A stretch of DNA of 64,000 bases. Origin: Candidatus Aenigmatarchaeota archaeon (GTDB taxonomy: Archaea > Aenigmatarchaeota > Aenigmatarchaeia > QMZS01). Below, piece after piece: positions 28,029 to 38,161 of the stretch. Position 1 is the stretch's first letter, and every line of letters begins with the position of its first letter. The notes beneath the pieces are model-generated. The model worked only from the letters and a program-made list of their open reading frames with translations. It was not told where the DNA came from and searched no databases. The DNA lies in the NCBI GenBank assembly GCA_030600555.1, contig JAUVLW010000001.1, positions 6,411 through 70,410 on the forward strand. Direction: 5' to 3'. Position numbers and translations under genes: made by a program.

Positions 28029-29885
28029 ATGGATTATCTGAAGACAGTTAAAGAACTTCTTCCTGAACTCCCGGATGCAAGAATTCATTACGAAGGCAGT
28101 AAAATTGTCATTTATACCCGTGATAAGGAATTCTTCTTGAGACAGGATGAAAAGGTAAGGGAAATAGTGGAGAAAATAAAAAAAAGAGTAGAGATAAGAA
28201 TCGAATCAGATACATTATCTTCCACAGAAGATACAATCAAAAAAATCAAGGAGATTGTGCCAATTGATGCTGAGATTTCAGATATATCTTTTGAGCCTGA
28301 TTTTTCAAAAGTAACAATTATAGTCAAATTTCCGCAGAAAGCTATTGGCGAGATGGGGGAAACTGTTAGAAGGATTAAACACGAAACTTTATGGATTCCA
28401 CTTGTGCAAAGAGTTGCTTCCCCAAAATCCCATCATGTTGAGGTAATTAGGAATGTTTTAGTTCAGAGTTCAAAATACAGGAAGAGATTTTTAAATAATG
28501 TTGGAAAAAATATTTATCAGGGAGAACCAAAAGAAACAAAATATGCCCGGGTTATTTCTTTAGGGAGTTGCAGGGAAGTTGGGAGAAGTTGTTTTATATT
28601 GCAAACTCCAAATTCAAATGTGATGCTTGATTGCGGACTTTCTACTGGAGCTTCCGGGGAAGATCAATATCCAATCTTTTCTTCTGATTTTAATATAGAC
28701 ACTTTGGATGCAATTGTGTTGAGCCACGCGCATCTTGACCACAGCGGATTTATACCTTATCTTTTCAAGATGGGTTATGATGGTCCGGTTTATTGCACAG
28801 AACCAACAAGAGAACTTTCCGCTCTTTTGCAATTAGATACCATACAATTGATGCAAAAAGAATATGGTAAGAGTGTGTATACCAGTTCAGATATAAAGAA
28901 AGCGATAAAGAATACAATACCTTTAAAATACAAGGAAGTTACTGATATTACTTCAGATATCAGGTTGATTTTTGAAAATGCAGGACACCTTCTTGGAAGC
29001 GCAATATCCCATTTTAATATAGCAAACGGTAAGGTAAATATAATTTATACGGGAGATATAAAATATTCAGTTTCTAATTTGCTCAACCCCGCATTCACGC
29101 AGTTTATGAGGTGCGAAGGTTTAATAATGGAAAGCACTTATGGAGCTCCAAATGATGTAACTCCCCGATTGGAGGATGCGGAAAAAGAATTAATCTCTAT
29201 AATTAAGGAGACCAGCAAAAGAGGTGGAAAAATATTAATGCCTTCTTTTGCAGTTGGAAGGGGACAGGAGATTATGGTAATTCTTGAAAAATACAAGGTA
29301 GATATACCTGTTTATGTTGACGGGATGATTTTTGATGCTTCCGCAATCCATTCAACTTATCCAAAATATCTTGCGCGGGATCTTCAAAAACAAATAATCA
29401 GCGGGAACAATCCTTTTGAATCTGACAGGTTTATCCATGTTGCCAGTTATGCTGAAAGGCAGCAGGTATTGAGTGATGAGAAACCTTATATAGTTATTGC
29501 AACTTCAGGTATGATGAATGGCGGTCCCATCCTGGAATACTTTAAGAAATTCGGGCCAGACCCAAAAAACACTTTGGTTAATGTTGGGTATCAGGCTCGC
29601 GGAACTATTGGAAGCAAGATACAAAAAGGAGATAAAGAAGTGGAGTTGCCGAGCGGGGAAAAAGTTGAGTCCAATATTGAAATAAGGACTTTAGATGGTC
29701 TTTCAGGGCACTCTGACAGGAAACAATTGCTTAATTTTATAGGTCACTTAAAAGAAAAACCAAAAAGAGTTTTAATTAATCATGGAGAATCTTCCAAAGC
29801 AATTGGACTTGCTGAAGCAATCCATAGTATATTCAATATTGAAAGTTATGCTCCGATGAATATGGAGGCTATGAGATTTCTTTAG
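28029..29885 (+). CDS. fttA: Beta-CASP ribonuclease aCPSF1 / transcription termination factor FttA
   Basis: N-terminal KH domains, REVGRSC, SHAHLDHSG, AGHLLGSA, MESTYG, GRGQE, SGHSD, HGE. Confidence 0.96.
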   Translation: MDYLKTVKELLPELPDARIHYEGSKIVIYTRDKEFFLRQDEKVREIVEKIKKRVEIRIESDTLSSTEDTIKKIKEIVPIDAEISDISFEPDFSKVTIIVKFPQKAIGEMGETVRRIKHETLWIPLVQRVASPKSHHVEVIRNVLVQSSKYRKRFLNNVGKNIYQGEPKETKYARVISLGSCREVGRSCFILQTPNSNVMLDCGLSTGASGEDQYPIFSSDFNIDTLDAIVLSHAHLDHSGFIPYLFKMGYDGPVYCTEPTRELSALLQLDTIQLMQKEYGKSVYTSSDIKKAIKNTIPLKYKEVTDITSDIRLIFENAGHLLGSAISHFNIANGKVNIIYTGDIKYSVSNLLNPAFTQFMRCEGLIMESTYGAPNDVTPRLEDAEKELISIIKETSKRGGKILMPSFAVGRGQEIMVILEKYKVDIPVYVDGMIFDASAIHSTYPKYLARDLQKQIISGNNPFESDRFIHVASYAERQQVLSDEKPYIVIATSGMMNGGPILEYFKKFGPDPKNTLVNVGYQARGTIGSKIQKGDKEVELPSGEKVESNIEIRTLDGLSGHSDRKQLLNFIGHLKEKPKRVLINHGESSKAIGLAEAIHSIFNIESYAPMNMEAMRFL

Positions 29886-29949
29886 TTGTGTGGATTAGGA
29901 TATGCGATAATTTCTCTGAAATATAAACTATTTAAAATATATTAATGAT

Positions 29950-31097
29950 ATGAGTCTACTAAATAATTCAGTACATTTTAATTTTTTTAAAAACAAAGAA
30001 TTCAATTAATTTTACATATCAATATTTATTATGAATTTTGGTGAATCTTTAATTAACATTTTCGTTCCCATCTATTTGTTTAATCAAGGTTATGAAATTT
30101 ATCATATTATAATCTTTTATTTTTTAGTTTCATTTTATTTTTTAGTGTTTTCTTATAGCGGCGCTAAATTAGTTGGAAAGATTGGAGAAAAACATTCCAT
30201 TCTTATTTCAACTATTTTCCTTATAACTTATTATTTATAAATAAATATGTTATTCTATTCTACATCTTACCTTTATTATTCTCTTTGAGGGCAATATTGT
30301 TTAACTATGGATATCATCTAAATTATATTAATCATTCTCAAAGAAAAAAGAGGGGAAAAGAATTGGCTTTTATAGGGATTATTATTTTATTATCCACAGC
30401 ATCTGCTCCGTTGATAGGGAGCGTAATTGCAAATATTAATTTTACAATTGTATTTATAATTAGTTCTTTATTGGTAATTATTGGGACGGTTCCACTTTTC
30501 TTTACAAAAGATTCATATGAAAAAGTAAATTTTACTTTTGATAATCTAGCAGAAAAATTATTCTCAAAGAAAGATAGGGGAAATTTTATTAGTTTTTCAG
30601 GTTATGCTATAGAATCAATAATTGGTAGAACTATCTGGACTATTTTTTTAATAATAATAATAGGATCAATTTTTAAAACTGGTTTAATAATTTCGTTAAC
30701 ACTCTTAATTTCTCTCGGGATATTTTATTTTATGGGTAGAATTACAGACAAATATGATAAGATAAAACTCATAAAAATAGGAACTATTTTATACTTTTTT
30801 GCATGGATTGGTCGTATTTTTGCGGATACCTATTATAAAATATTATTTATTGATTCTTATAAAAATTTGAGTGAAAAAATAGTGCATATCCCTTGGTCAT
30901 CGCATAGTTATGATTTGGCAGAAAAAGAAGATTATTTTTGTTTCATAGTGTCAAGAGAGATAATATTTAATTTTATTAGAGTTTTAATCTTACCTGTTTT
31001 ATCTTTCATTTTTTGGATAGATTACAATCCTTTTCTTATTAGTTTTTTTATTGCTGCTATATTTAGTCTCGGGTATGTATTTATTAAAAAAGAATAG
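29950..31097 (+). pseudogene. MFS transporter, disrupted
   Basis: ATG 29950; in-frame TAA at 30007-30009; frameshift near 30235; TM pattern and GRITDKYDK loop motif. Confidence 0.8.
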
Positions 31098-31151
31098 ACT
31101 GTTGTTGGATTTAGGTTTATAATTTGATTATTTCTTATTAGATATAAAAAT

Positions 31152-33737
31152 CTATTTTACAATAACCCCTTCCGCAGAACTTAAATTAATTTCTCTGTAG
31201 ATAACAGGTCTCTCAGTTGAACTTAATATTTCACCCCTCCATTTTTCATCTGTTAACCTGTCGTCCATAGGCCATGCGAATTCATAGTAACTAAAAATTG
31301 GACCTACTGCAATTCCAATCCTTCCATCTTTTGCTTTATGCGCAACAACAATCCAGTCAACTTTTCCGGTTCCAACCTCAAGGACTTTCTTTGTATTTGA
31401 TTCTGTGTGAACATCCGCAATCATGCTTGTTTTAAAAGCCTCATCTTTTCCTTCAAGAACTGTTTTTTTAGTGCATTGTTTTCCAACAGGGCATCCTCCT
31501 GATTGTATTTCCAAAGCGGACGCAAGATTTTCAAGTATTGAATCAAATCTTGAATTAATAGATTTTATATAATCATAATCTTCTTCTGTTAAATTTTCCG
31601 CTTTCAGTTCTTTCTCGGAAATTATTCTCAATTTTTCCATCATTTCAGAACTTTGCTCAAGGGAACTTCGGACTTCGTCAGTTATAATCTCTTGTTCACC
31701 TAGTCCTTGTTTAAGGAAATCAATGGCGTATTTTGCTCTTGCAAATAATTCGGGGTTTGGTTCAACATAACCATAATATTTTGCTTCAATTGGATCTGGC
31801 ATTGAAGTGATTCCAAGTGCGGTTGCCCAAGTATAACTTTGCTTTACATACAAAATTGTGTCATGTCTTAATTCAGCCCAGCTTGACAAACTTGTAATTA
31901 AATCCTTTAATTTCCAGGTTTCATTTCTCATCCAGTTTGGATATCCTTCAGGTTTCTCTTTCAGAACCGGTTGTAACATCCAGAGCCAGGTATTATATAA
32001 ATTCTTTGTCCACATTTCTTCGGAGTATGAATCTATAAGGGTTCTTAGTTCATACTGTTTTTTATCATAACCGCAGTATCCATTATTATAATATTCATTT
32101 AGTGTCTGTTCTGCTTTTTTAGAACCCAGAATATTTATAACATCCAATCCTGTTGGCATAAATCTGCACACAGAATATAATTGAGATTCATTTAATCCCC
32201 CGCAAAATCCGGCGGTATGCATTTCCAATGCTTTGCTGCAGACTTCATTCCAGTACTTTGTGCGGTCTTCATCCATATAAGTGCATGTGGTATAGAATCC
32301 TTTTGGTTTTGAAAGTTTTGAATAAGTTGATTCGCAGTCCAGAACTTTTTGGTAATACGGCGATTTTACATTAGGTCCAACATTTTTGTAAACCAAATCC
32401 CCAAGTATTTGAGAATCAATTGCGTATCTTTGCCCGATTAATCTTAAACCCTGCGTCAGTTCTTTTAGGTTTCCTGCAAGGTCGATTTCAAATCCCCCGA
32501 GAATTTTCGGACCTTCTGAGTTATTTAGTTCTTTCTGTATTTTTTTTGCGACATTTACTGTAAGAGTCATTTCTTCATCAAATTCATAACCATAAACTTT
32601 TTTTATAGCTTCGTCATAATCATAAAAAGTAAAGTCATCCGATACTCCGGCAAAGAAACTTGTTATTGAATATATCTTGTTGTAGATTTCTGAAGCCGGA
32701 TAAATTTTTCCTTCAAATTTAACTTCTGCTGATTTTACTGCATCGGTCAATAGAATTGCCTGTTTTGTCCAACCATCCCCTCTTGTTTTAAAAGTAATTC
32801 TTCCAAGCCACATCATTGATTTGAAATATTGTTTTAGTCCTTCTGAACTCGTGTAATGACCTCTTGGAACATATTGCGAATAATCTTCACAGTAACATTC
32901 TCTTGTGCAGATTTCACTGTAAAATTCAACAGAGTCCCATTCTTTTCCCTGATAAAATATTTTTCCGCCTTTTATCTCCTGGCTGCATTTTTCATTTTCC
33001 CATTTAGGAAAAGCGAGCCTTAAGCATTCATCTGGGCAGTCTTTACTCATGATTTCAGATTTGAAAAATCCTTCATGCTTTTCTATTCTATCAAGTTCTT
33101 TGTTCACATCATCTGCGACAAAATAAGTGACTACATAATTAGGGTCGAGCAGTTTCATTGCAACGCTCAGGTAAGCAATATTTCTTTTTGAAAGTTCTTT
33201 TAGTTCTCCATCTTCAAACCCATTGTATTGCCTCATGGATTCTTTTATCAAAGATTTTAAAAATTCTTTTAACATTGGGGATAATTTTTTAATTTCAAGA
33301 TTCTTGAGAATCTCATTAAATTCAAGGTGGAATAAATGCAATATTGAATCTGAGGTTATAAATACAGGTATGTCTTTTTGGTTGAGGTTTAAATAAGCAT
33401 GTTCAAATCGGTCATATTCAGTTCCAGATAAAATTATGGCTCCATTATTTAGTAAAGTCTGTATTTGTTCTTCGCTTAGATTATTTCCAAATCTTTCAAC
33501 TAAATCTCTTTGGTAATTTTCCGGCAATTCTGTTAAAGGCAATTCATATTCGGAATTGTTATAAGTTTCAGGCGTATATTCATAATCTGACAGGAACATT
33601 GAAAGTCTTGGTTGTGGGATTGCGCCTGAGGAATAAACCGATTCTTTTTCACCCAGCACCGTCGGAGGGTTTGTGTAATAAAAAACTGTATAAATCGCCA
33701 CCAGAATAACTAAGGTGATTATAATTAGTTTTTTCAT
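31152..33737 (-). CDS. DUF3160 domain secreted/surface protein
   Basis: Signal anchor; PVFITSDSILH, EDYSQYVPRGHY, YFKSMMWLGR, SWAELRHDTILYVKQ, GYVEPNP, GPIFSYYEF. Confidence 0.9.
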   Translation of the reverse strand: MKKLIIITLVILVAIYTVFYYTNPPTVLGEKESVYSSGAIPQPRLSMFLSDYEYTPETYNNSEYELPLTELPENYQRDLVERFGNNLSEEQIQTLLNNGAIILSGTEYDRFEHAYLNLNQKDIPVFITSDSILHLFHLEFNEILKNLEIKKLSPMLKEFLKSLIKESMRQYNGFEDGELKELSKRNIAYLSVAMKLLDPNYVVTYFVADDVNKELDRIEKHEGFFKSEIMSKDCPDECLRLAFPKWENEKCSQEIKGGKIFYQGKEWDSVEFYSEICTRECYCEDYSQYVPRGHYTSSEGLKQYFKSMMWLGRITFKTRGDGWTKQAILLTDAVKSAEVKFEGKIYPASEIYNKIYSITSFFAGVSDDFTFYDYDEAIKKVYGYEFDEEMTLTVNVAKKIQKELNNSEGPKILGGFEIDLAGNLKELTQGLRLIGQRYAIDSQILGDLVYKNVGPNVKSPYYQKVLDCESTYSKLSKPKGFYTTCTYMDEDRTKYWNEVCSKALEMHTAGFCGGLNESQLYSVCRFMPTGLDVINILGSKKAEQTLNEYYNNGYCGYDKKQYELRTLIDSYSEEMWTKNLYNTWLWMLQPVLKEKPEGYPNWMRNETWKLKDLITSLSSWAELRHDTILYVKQSYTWATALGITSMPDPIEAKYYGYVEPNPELFARAKYAIDFLKQGLGEQEIITDEVRSSLEQSSEMMEKLRIISEKELKAENLTEEDYDYIKSINSRFDSILENLASALEIQSGGCPVGKQCTKKTVLEGKDEAFKTSMIADVHTESNTKKVLEVGTGKVDWIVVAHKAKDGRIGIAVGPIFSYYEFAWPMDDRLTDEKWRGEILSSTERPVIYREINLSSAEGVIVK

Positions 33738-34009
33738 AATGATATTCGGAATTTTGATTATATAAGGAATTTGATAATTTCAATATTTGGTTTTGTTTCA
33801 GAAGATCTCCAGATTTCCTGTAAATTTGGGTATTTATAATTTAAATTACTATTAATTAGTGGAACAAAATGGACAATAGAATTTATAGGAAAAGAGTTGA
33901 GCAAAGTTGGAGAAAAAATATAGGAAGAGATGTTGGAGGGAATCCTGAGCGAAAGGGAACTGGATCTGAGGTTGAACAAGATCAAGGGGATTATATTCAT
34001 TCAGGTCGC

Positions 34010-34438
34010 ATGGATTTATTAAATGATACTTTTAAACATATTATTACAAGAATTAAAGAAGAACCTATAGGAAATAAATATATTGATATTTTGTTTGGTC
34101 ATGATGTCTGGGGTGTTTTTAAATATGATTGCCTTAAAATTGAAGAAACTGAACTTGGGTATGCGCCAACAAAATTCATCTATTATACTGAAAATTCTGA
34201 AAAGAAGGAAATAGATTTATTTTCAAAAATAGGCCTCGATTCAGAAGATCCTTATGAACCTGTTTTTGGACCTATTAGTAAATATTTTGAAAGAAGCGGT
34301 TCAGATATTAAATATGGCAATTTAGTTGAAAGATATATCAATGCGAAAGAACGATTAAGAGAGCATACAGAATTAACTGAAAATAATGTATTTTTTGTTG
34401 AACAACGTTCAGATTGGTATCTAAGTTATTCTAAATAA
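34010..34438 (+). CDS. Hypothetical protein
   Basis: ORF 33869-34438; likely start MDLLND at 34010 (uncertain). Confidence 0.55.
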   Translation: MDLLNDTFKHIITRIKEEPIGNKYIDILFGHDVWGVFKYDCLKIEETELGYAPTKFIYYTENSEKKEIDLFSKIGLDSEDPYEPVFGPISKYFERSGSDIKYGNLVERYINAKERLREHTELTENNVFFVEQRSDWYLSYSK

Positions 34439-34452
34439 AATAAATAATAAGA

Positions 34453-34851
34453 TTATTTTATTTTAACAATTAATTCTCTGTTTCTGGGTTTATTGTCAAA
34501 GTCAATGAATATAATCTGCTGCCAGGTTCCTAAAACTAAATCACCATTTTCCACTGGAATGCACATTGATGGTTTTAGCAAAGCGCTTCTTATGTGGGCA
34601 TAACCATTGCCGTCGCCCCATCTTTTATTGTGCTCATAATTTTCGTTCATAGGAGCAATTTTTTCAAGAACATTTTTCAAATCAGAAATAGCTCCGCTTT
34701 CAAATTCAATTGTTGTGATTCCTCCAGTTGAACCAGGGCAGAAAACAAGGCAGATGCCCTCTTTGACTTTTGAGTCTTTTACAATTTCCCTGACTTTATT
34801 TGTGATGTCAATTATATCACTGAATCCTTTTGTCTGAATCGAGAAGTTCAT
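34453..34851 (-). CDS. YjbQ / UPF0047 family protein
   Basis: DIT, GSTGGITTIE, DGNGYAHIRS, LGTWQQI..DFD..R. Confidence 0.93.
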   Translation of the reverse strand: MNFSIQTKGFSDIIDITNKVREIVKDSKVKEGICLVFCPGSTGGITTIEFESGAISDLKNVLEKIAPMNENYEHNKRWGDGNGYAHIRSALLKPSMCIPVENGDLVLGTWQQIIFIDFDNKPRNRELIVKIK

Positions 34852-34869
34852 AATTTAAAAGAAATATTT

Positions 34870-36267
34870 CTAAAAATATGGCTGAAAGAGAATAATTATA
34901 ATAAGTAAGCTAATCAAAATCAGTAAACTGCTTATCCAAACCCATTTTTTTGAATTTTTATGCGCTGCGTAAAATCCAGCCAACAAACTAAGACCTTCAA
35001 TAAATATTAATTGTTTTGGCAGTTGCGTGGATAATATAATGCACCCCAGTAAAGATAGGAATAAAAGTGTATAATAAACATATTTGTTTTTTAGTTTAGT
35101 TAAACCCATTTTGGCAAAATAACCAACAATAAAAGGAAGACCTGCTATTATGAAACATATGCCTGAGAGTAAACTGAGGATTAAGGTAAATTCTAAAACA
35201 GGGAAAACCAAATTCCTAATTTTTTCGTTTAGGGAAATATAATTTGGGTCCAAATCTGAGTTGTATTTCGTTGATGCGAAATAAGAATCTTCTTTTAAGT
35301 CTTTCAAATCACCGTCATATGTTAATTGAGTAATATATTTTTCATTTGTTAAGTTATATTTATCTTTTAAGGAATTGGTTAAAGGGGTCATTTTTGCAGT
35401 AGATAAAACATTTCTTTCATCCTCTACAGGTGTTTCTGAAAAAACATACACTTTTACTTCAGTATCTCCGTCATTGATACTTGAAATTTTCATTGGATAA
35501 AAGGGTTTTTCTGGTTGGAAGGTGAATTTTAATGGTGTGGAAATTCCTTGTTTTAATTCGTAAAGAATTTTTATTGCAGAGCTCGATGCATTTTCACATT
35601 CAGTTTCATATTCTAACCAATATTTTATATATTCTTCCAAGTATTCATCTTCAATAAGATAATCCGGAATGGAAATTGCTTCAGCGCATATTCTATCCAT
35701 ATTTGTAATTTTCAAATTTTCATATTTATTTGTTAGATTAATTTTGTTTGCAATAAAATAAAAATCTCCTCTATCGCAATAATCCTGCAAAATAGGTATT
35801 GCGGTTTCAGGTGTATTGTATCCATTCTCATTCAACCAATCAACAAGAACTGAAGCATCGGTGGCTTTCAGAATTGTAATATCATAAATGTCAACTTTCT
35901 TGGTTTCTATAACCTGGATTCCCTGATTTCGCATTCCACCATCCATAACTCCGAGACCCCAACCTTTAGAAGTATCTATTGGATTAAATAAGTCCGTTAA
36001 TTCATAAAATATCTGTATATCTCCTTCATCAACTTCTGGTTTTACTTTGGAAGGAATTGGCACAACCCAAGCCAGATTAGTTAAGTTATCAACGCTTATT
36101 TTTGTGGATAAAATCATTGTTTCTGTTGTCCCGTCCCAGAAAATTGCCGCCTTTTGCGAGGGGGCATAGACTTCGCTGTAATCCGGAATAAATACGCAGC
36201 CATCAGCAATAGTTAAAGGCAATAAACAAATCGCAATTAATAAAAAGGTAAATAATTTTTCATTCAT
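34870..36267 (-). CDS. DUF2330 domain membrane-anchored protein
   Basis: Signal peptide, QKAAIFWDG..ETMIL, AWVVPIPS, WLNENGY, YPMKISS, C-terminal TMs. Confidence 0.82.
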   Translation of the reverse strand: MNEKLFTFLLIAICLLPLTIADGCVFIPDYSEVYAPSQKAAIFWDGTTETMILSTKISVDNLTNLAWVVPIPSKVKPEVDEGDIQIFYELTDLFNPIDTSKGWGLGVMDGGMRNQGIQVIETKKVDIYDITILKATDASVLVDWLNENGYNTPETAIPILQDYCDRGDFYFIANKINLTNKYENLKITNMDRICAEAISIPDYLIEDEYLEEYIKYWLEYETECENASSSAIKILYELKQGISTPLKFTFQPEKPFYPMKISSINDGDTEVKVYVFSETPVEDERNVLSTAKMTPLTNSLKDKYNLTNEKYITQLTYDGDLKDLKEDSYFASTKYNSDLDPNYISLNEKIRNLVFPVLEFTLILSLLSGICFIIAGLPFIVGYFAKMGLTKLKNKYVYYTLLFLSLLGCIILSTQLPKQLIFIEGLSLLAGFYAAHKNSKKWVWISSLLILISLLIIIILFQPYF

Positions 36268-36298
36268 AAGGATATCTGTTTAGAATTATATTAAATAA

Positions 36299-36985
36299 TT
36301 AAAATCCATTTGGTACAACGAAAATCAAATCCCTCTTAAAGATTTTATCTTCTCCATTAATTTCAATCTCAGCTCTTTGACCCTGCAGGTCTTTGTTGAT
36401 AATTATTTTTTTGAGTTTTCCTTTCACTCCTTTATTTCTACCTCTTATAATTAAAACCTCAGAGCCTTCTTTGTAAGGCACAACTTCCAGAATTTTTTTG
36501 GATTTAATTGAAATTTTTATTGTGTCAGAAACCATATATTTGTCTTTGTCTTCTTTTGACAATAAGATATTTTTACCATTATGTAAGTTTAACTGAAGAC
36601 CTTTTTTTACCATGGTTTTGCCTATAATTTTGCAGTATTTTGAATCTGCGTCTTTATCGCTGATTTTTTTTAATTCAAAACTTTTCTTTGAAGGAAGCAC
36701 GAGATAATTCTCTTTGTTTCCCTTATTTGTTATAATATCCATCAATCCAACCGGAAACCTTCTTTCTGTAATTTCTTTACCATCCACCAAAATTTCTTTG
36801 TTATTTAGGATTTTCTTTGCGTCTCTGCTTGTTTTACCAAGTTTTAGGATATCCCTGATAACTATTGTAATAGGTATTGATGTTGCTTTTGGATGAGGTC
36901 CCGGGATAGGAACCACTGCAAATCTTTCCTCTTTTCTTGCCAAAGGCCAAAACCCAGGCATTTTTTGTCTTTTTAGGTGTGTCAT
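36299..36985 (-). CDS. rps4e: 30S ribosomal protein S4e
   Basis: HLKR..P.FWP, PGPH, RDIL, FPVGLMD, QLNLHNG. Confidence 0.95.
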   Translation of the reverse strand: MTHLKRQKMPGFWPLARKEERFAVVPIPGPHPKATSIPITIVIRDILKLGKTSRDAKKILNNKEILVDGKEITERRFPVGLMDIITNKGNKENYLVLPSKKSFELKKISDKDADSKYCKIIGKTMVKKGLQLNLHNGKNILLSKEDKDKYMVSDTIKISIKSKKILEVVPYKEGSEVLIIRGRNKGVKGKLKKIIINKDLQGQRAEIEINGEDKIFKRDLIFVVPNGF

Positions 36986-37167
36986 AAATTAGATAAAATT
37001 AAATAAATAAGCCTTGTTTGAATTATAAAACCCGTTATTTAATAAGATTATTTTTTATTATGACTGGAATTTGCGTTTACCTGCGAATTTTTGCAGAATA
37101 TAAATTATATATATCAAAAGTTATTCTATTATGGTAGTAAATATATTAGAATTAATTGGTGTGAATT

Positions 37168-37797
37168 ATGGTAAATAAAAGATGGATGTGTGGTGAAGAA
37201 ATGTATTTTAGATCAGTCCGACCAGAGAATTCTATAAAAATTACTGATATGGTAAAACCCACAAAAGAGGGTTTAAACGGTAACGGTGTTTATGCAACAA
37301 CCAGTTTACAGGATGCTGTCTTAGAATGGGGTAGAGTAAAATTTGGGGATAACTCGGAAGATGGGACTATAATGTTACTAAAACCTAAAGGAAAGTGGTA
37401 TAAACCAAGATATACTGGCAACATAACGCCAAAATATAGTAAGAAAGCCCACCATCTTGAAAAAACAGTTAGAGTTTATAAAGATAATGATTCATCCCTT
37501 CCCGATGTGGAAGGTATAGTGAATTATAGAATACTTATTAACTGTAATGATGGTGATGATTCCTTTGAAGTAGAGCAAAAATCCCAGAAAGTTGATGGCA
37601 GACAAATTGAAATATATGACATAACCTTAAAATCAAGTGATGCCAATTACAGTACGGTATTGGAAAAAGATATGGCTCATTACATCTCTTCATATCTCCA
37701 CAATGACAGAAAATTTAATGAAATGTGCAGTAATAATAGTATTTGGAGTTATACTCCAAAGGAAGAAGAATTAAAAGCTAATGTTATGTTTGGATAA
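37168..37797 (+). CDS. Hypothetical protein, weak ADP-ribosyltransferase-like N-terminus
   Basis: 209-aa ORF; GLNGNGVYATT..DA segment; product call is weak. Confidence 0.65.
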   Translation: MVNKRWMCGEEMYFRSVRPENSIKITDMVKPTKEGLNGNGVYATTSLQDAVLEWGRVKFGDNSEDGTIMLLKPKGKWYKPRYTGNITPKYSKKAHHLEKTVRVYKDNDSSLPDVEGIVNYRILINCNDGDDSFEVEQKSQKVDGRQIEIYDITLKSSDANYSTVLEKDMAHYISSYLHNDRKFNEMCSNNSIWSYTPKEEELKANVMFG

Positions 37798-38001
37798 ATA
37801 TTATATAGCTCCAGATAATTTACTTAAGTGTAAAAAAGGAGACCCTAGATTTAAAATCAGATTAGATTCTTTTTTGGAGGAGTGCGGTTTAACTGAAAAA
37901 TATCGTGGATTGTTTTATGATTAGTTTGCAAGAGTTTCTTGTTTTTATAGGGTATTTTAAATTTGCAATTAAATAAAAATAAATAAGGTTTTTTAGTTTT
38001 T

Positions 38002-38127
38002 TTAATCCATATATTTTTTAGTTATTTGTTTTTCAACTAATTCATTCAAATCAATTCCTTTATAGGTTGTTCCATATCCAGGTCCTAAATAGGCACTGTT
38101 ATCCAGTCTATTGTCTTTGAGTTCCAT
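38002..38127 (-). CDS. Possible 41-aa small protein or gene remnant
   Basis: MELKDNRLDNSAYLGPGYGTTYKGIDLNELVEKQITKKYMD, directly downstream of the DUF1512 gene. Confidence 0.35.
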   Translation of the reverse strand: MELKDNRLDNSAYLGPGYGTTYKGIDLNELVEKQITKKYMD

Positions 38128-38161
38128 ATTATTAAATGATAATAAAGGGTTTAAATATTCA

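Noticed and set aside
29950-30240. Stop-codon reassignment explaining in-frame stops
   Set aside because: Conserved genes terminate normally at TAA, TAG and TGA; the broken genes also involve frameshifts
1510-31115. GGATT(T)AGG-like motif near several gene ends (about 1511, 27902 reverse, 29892, 31107) as cassette recombination sites
   Set aside because: Short, degenerate, no consistent palindrome and no integrase; not distinguishable from chance by eye
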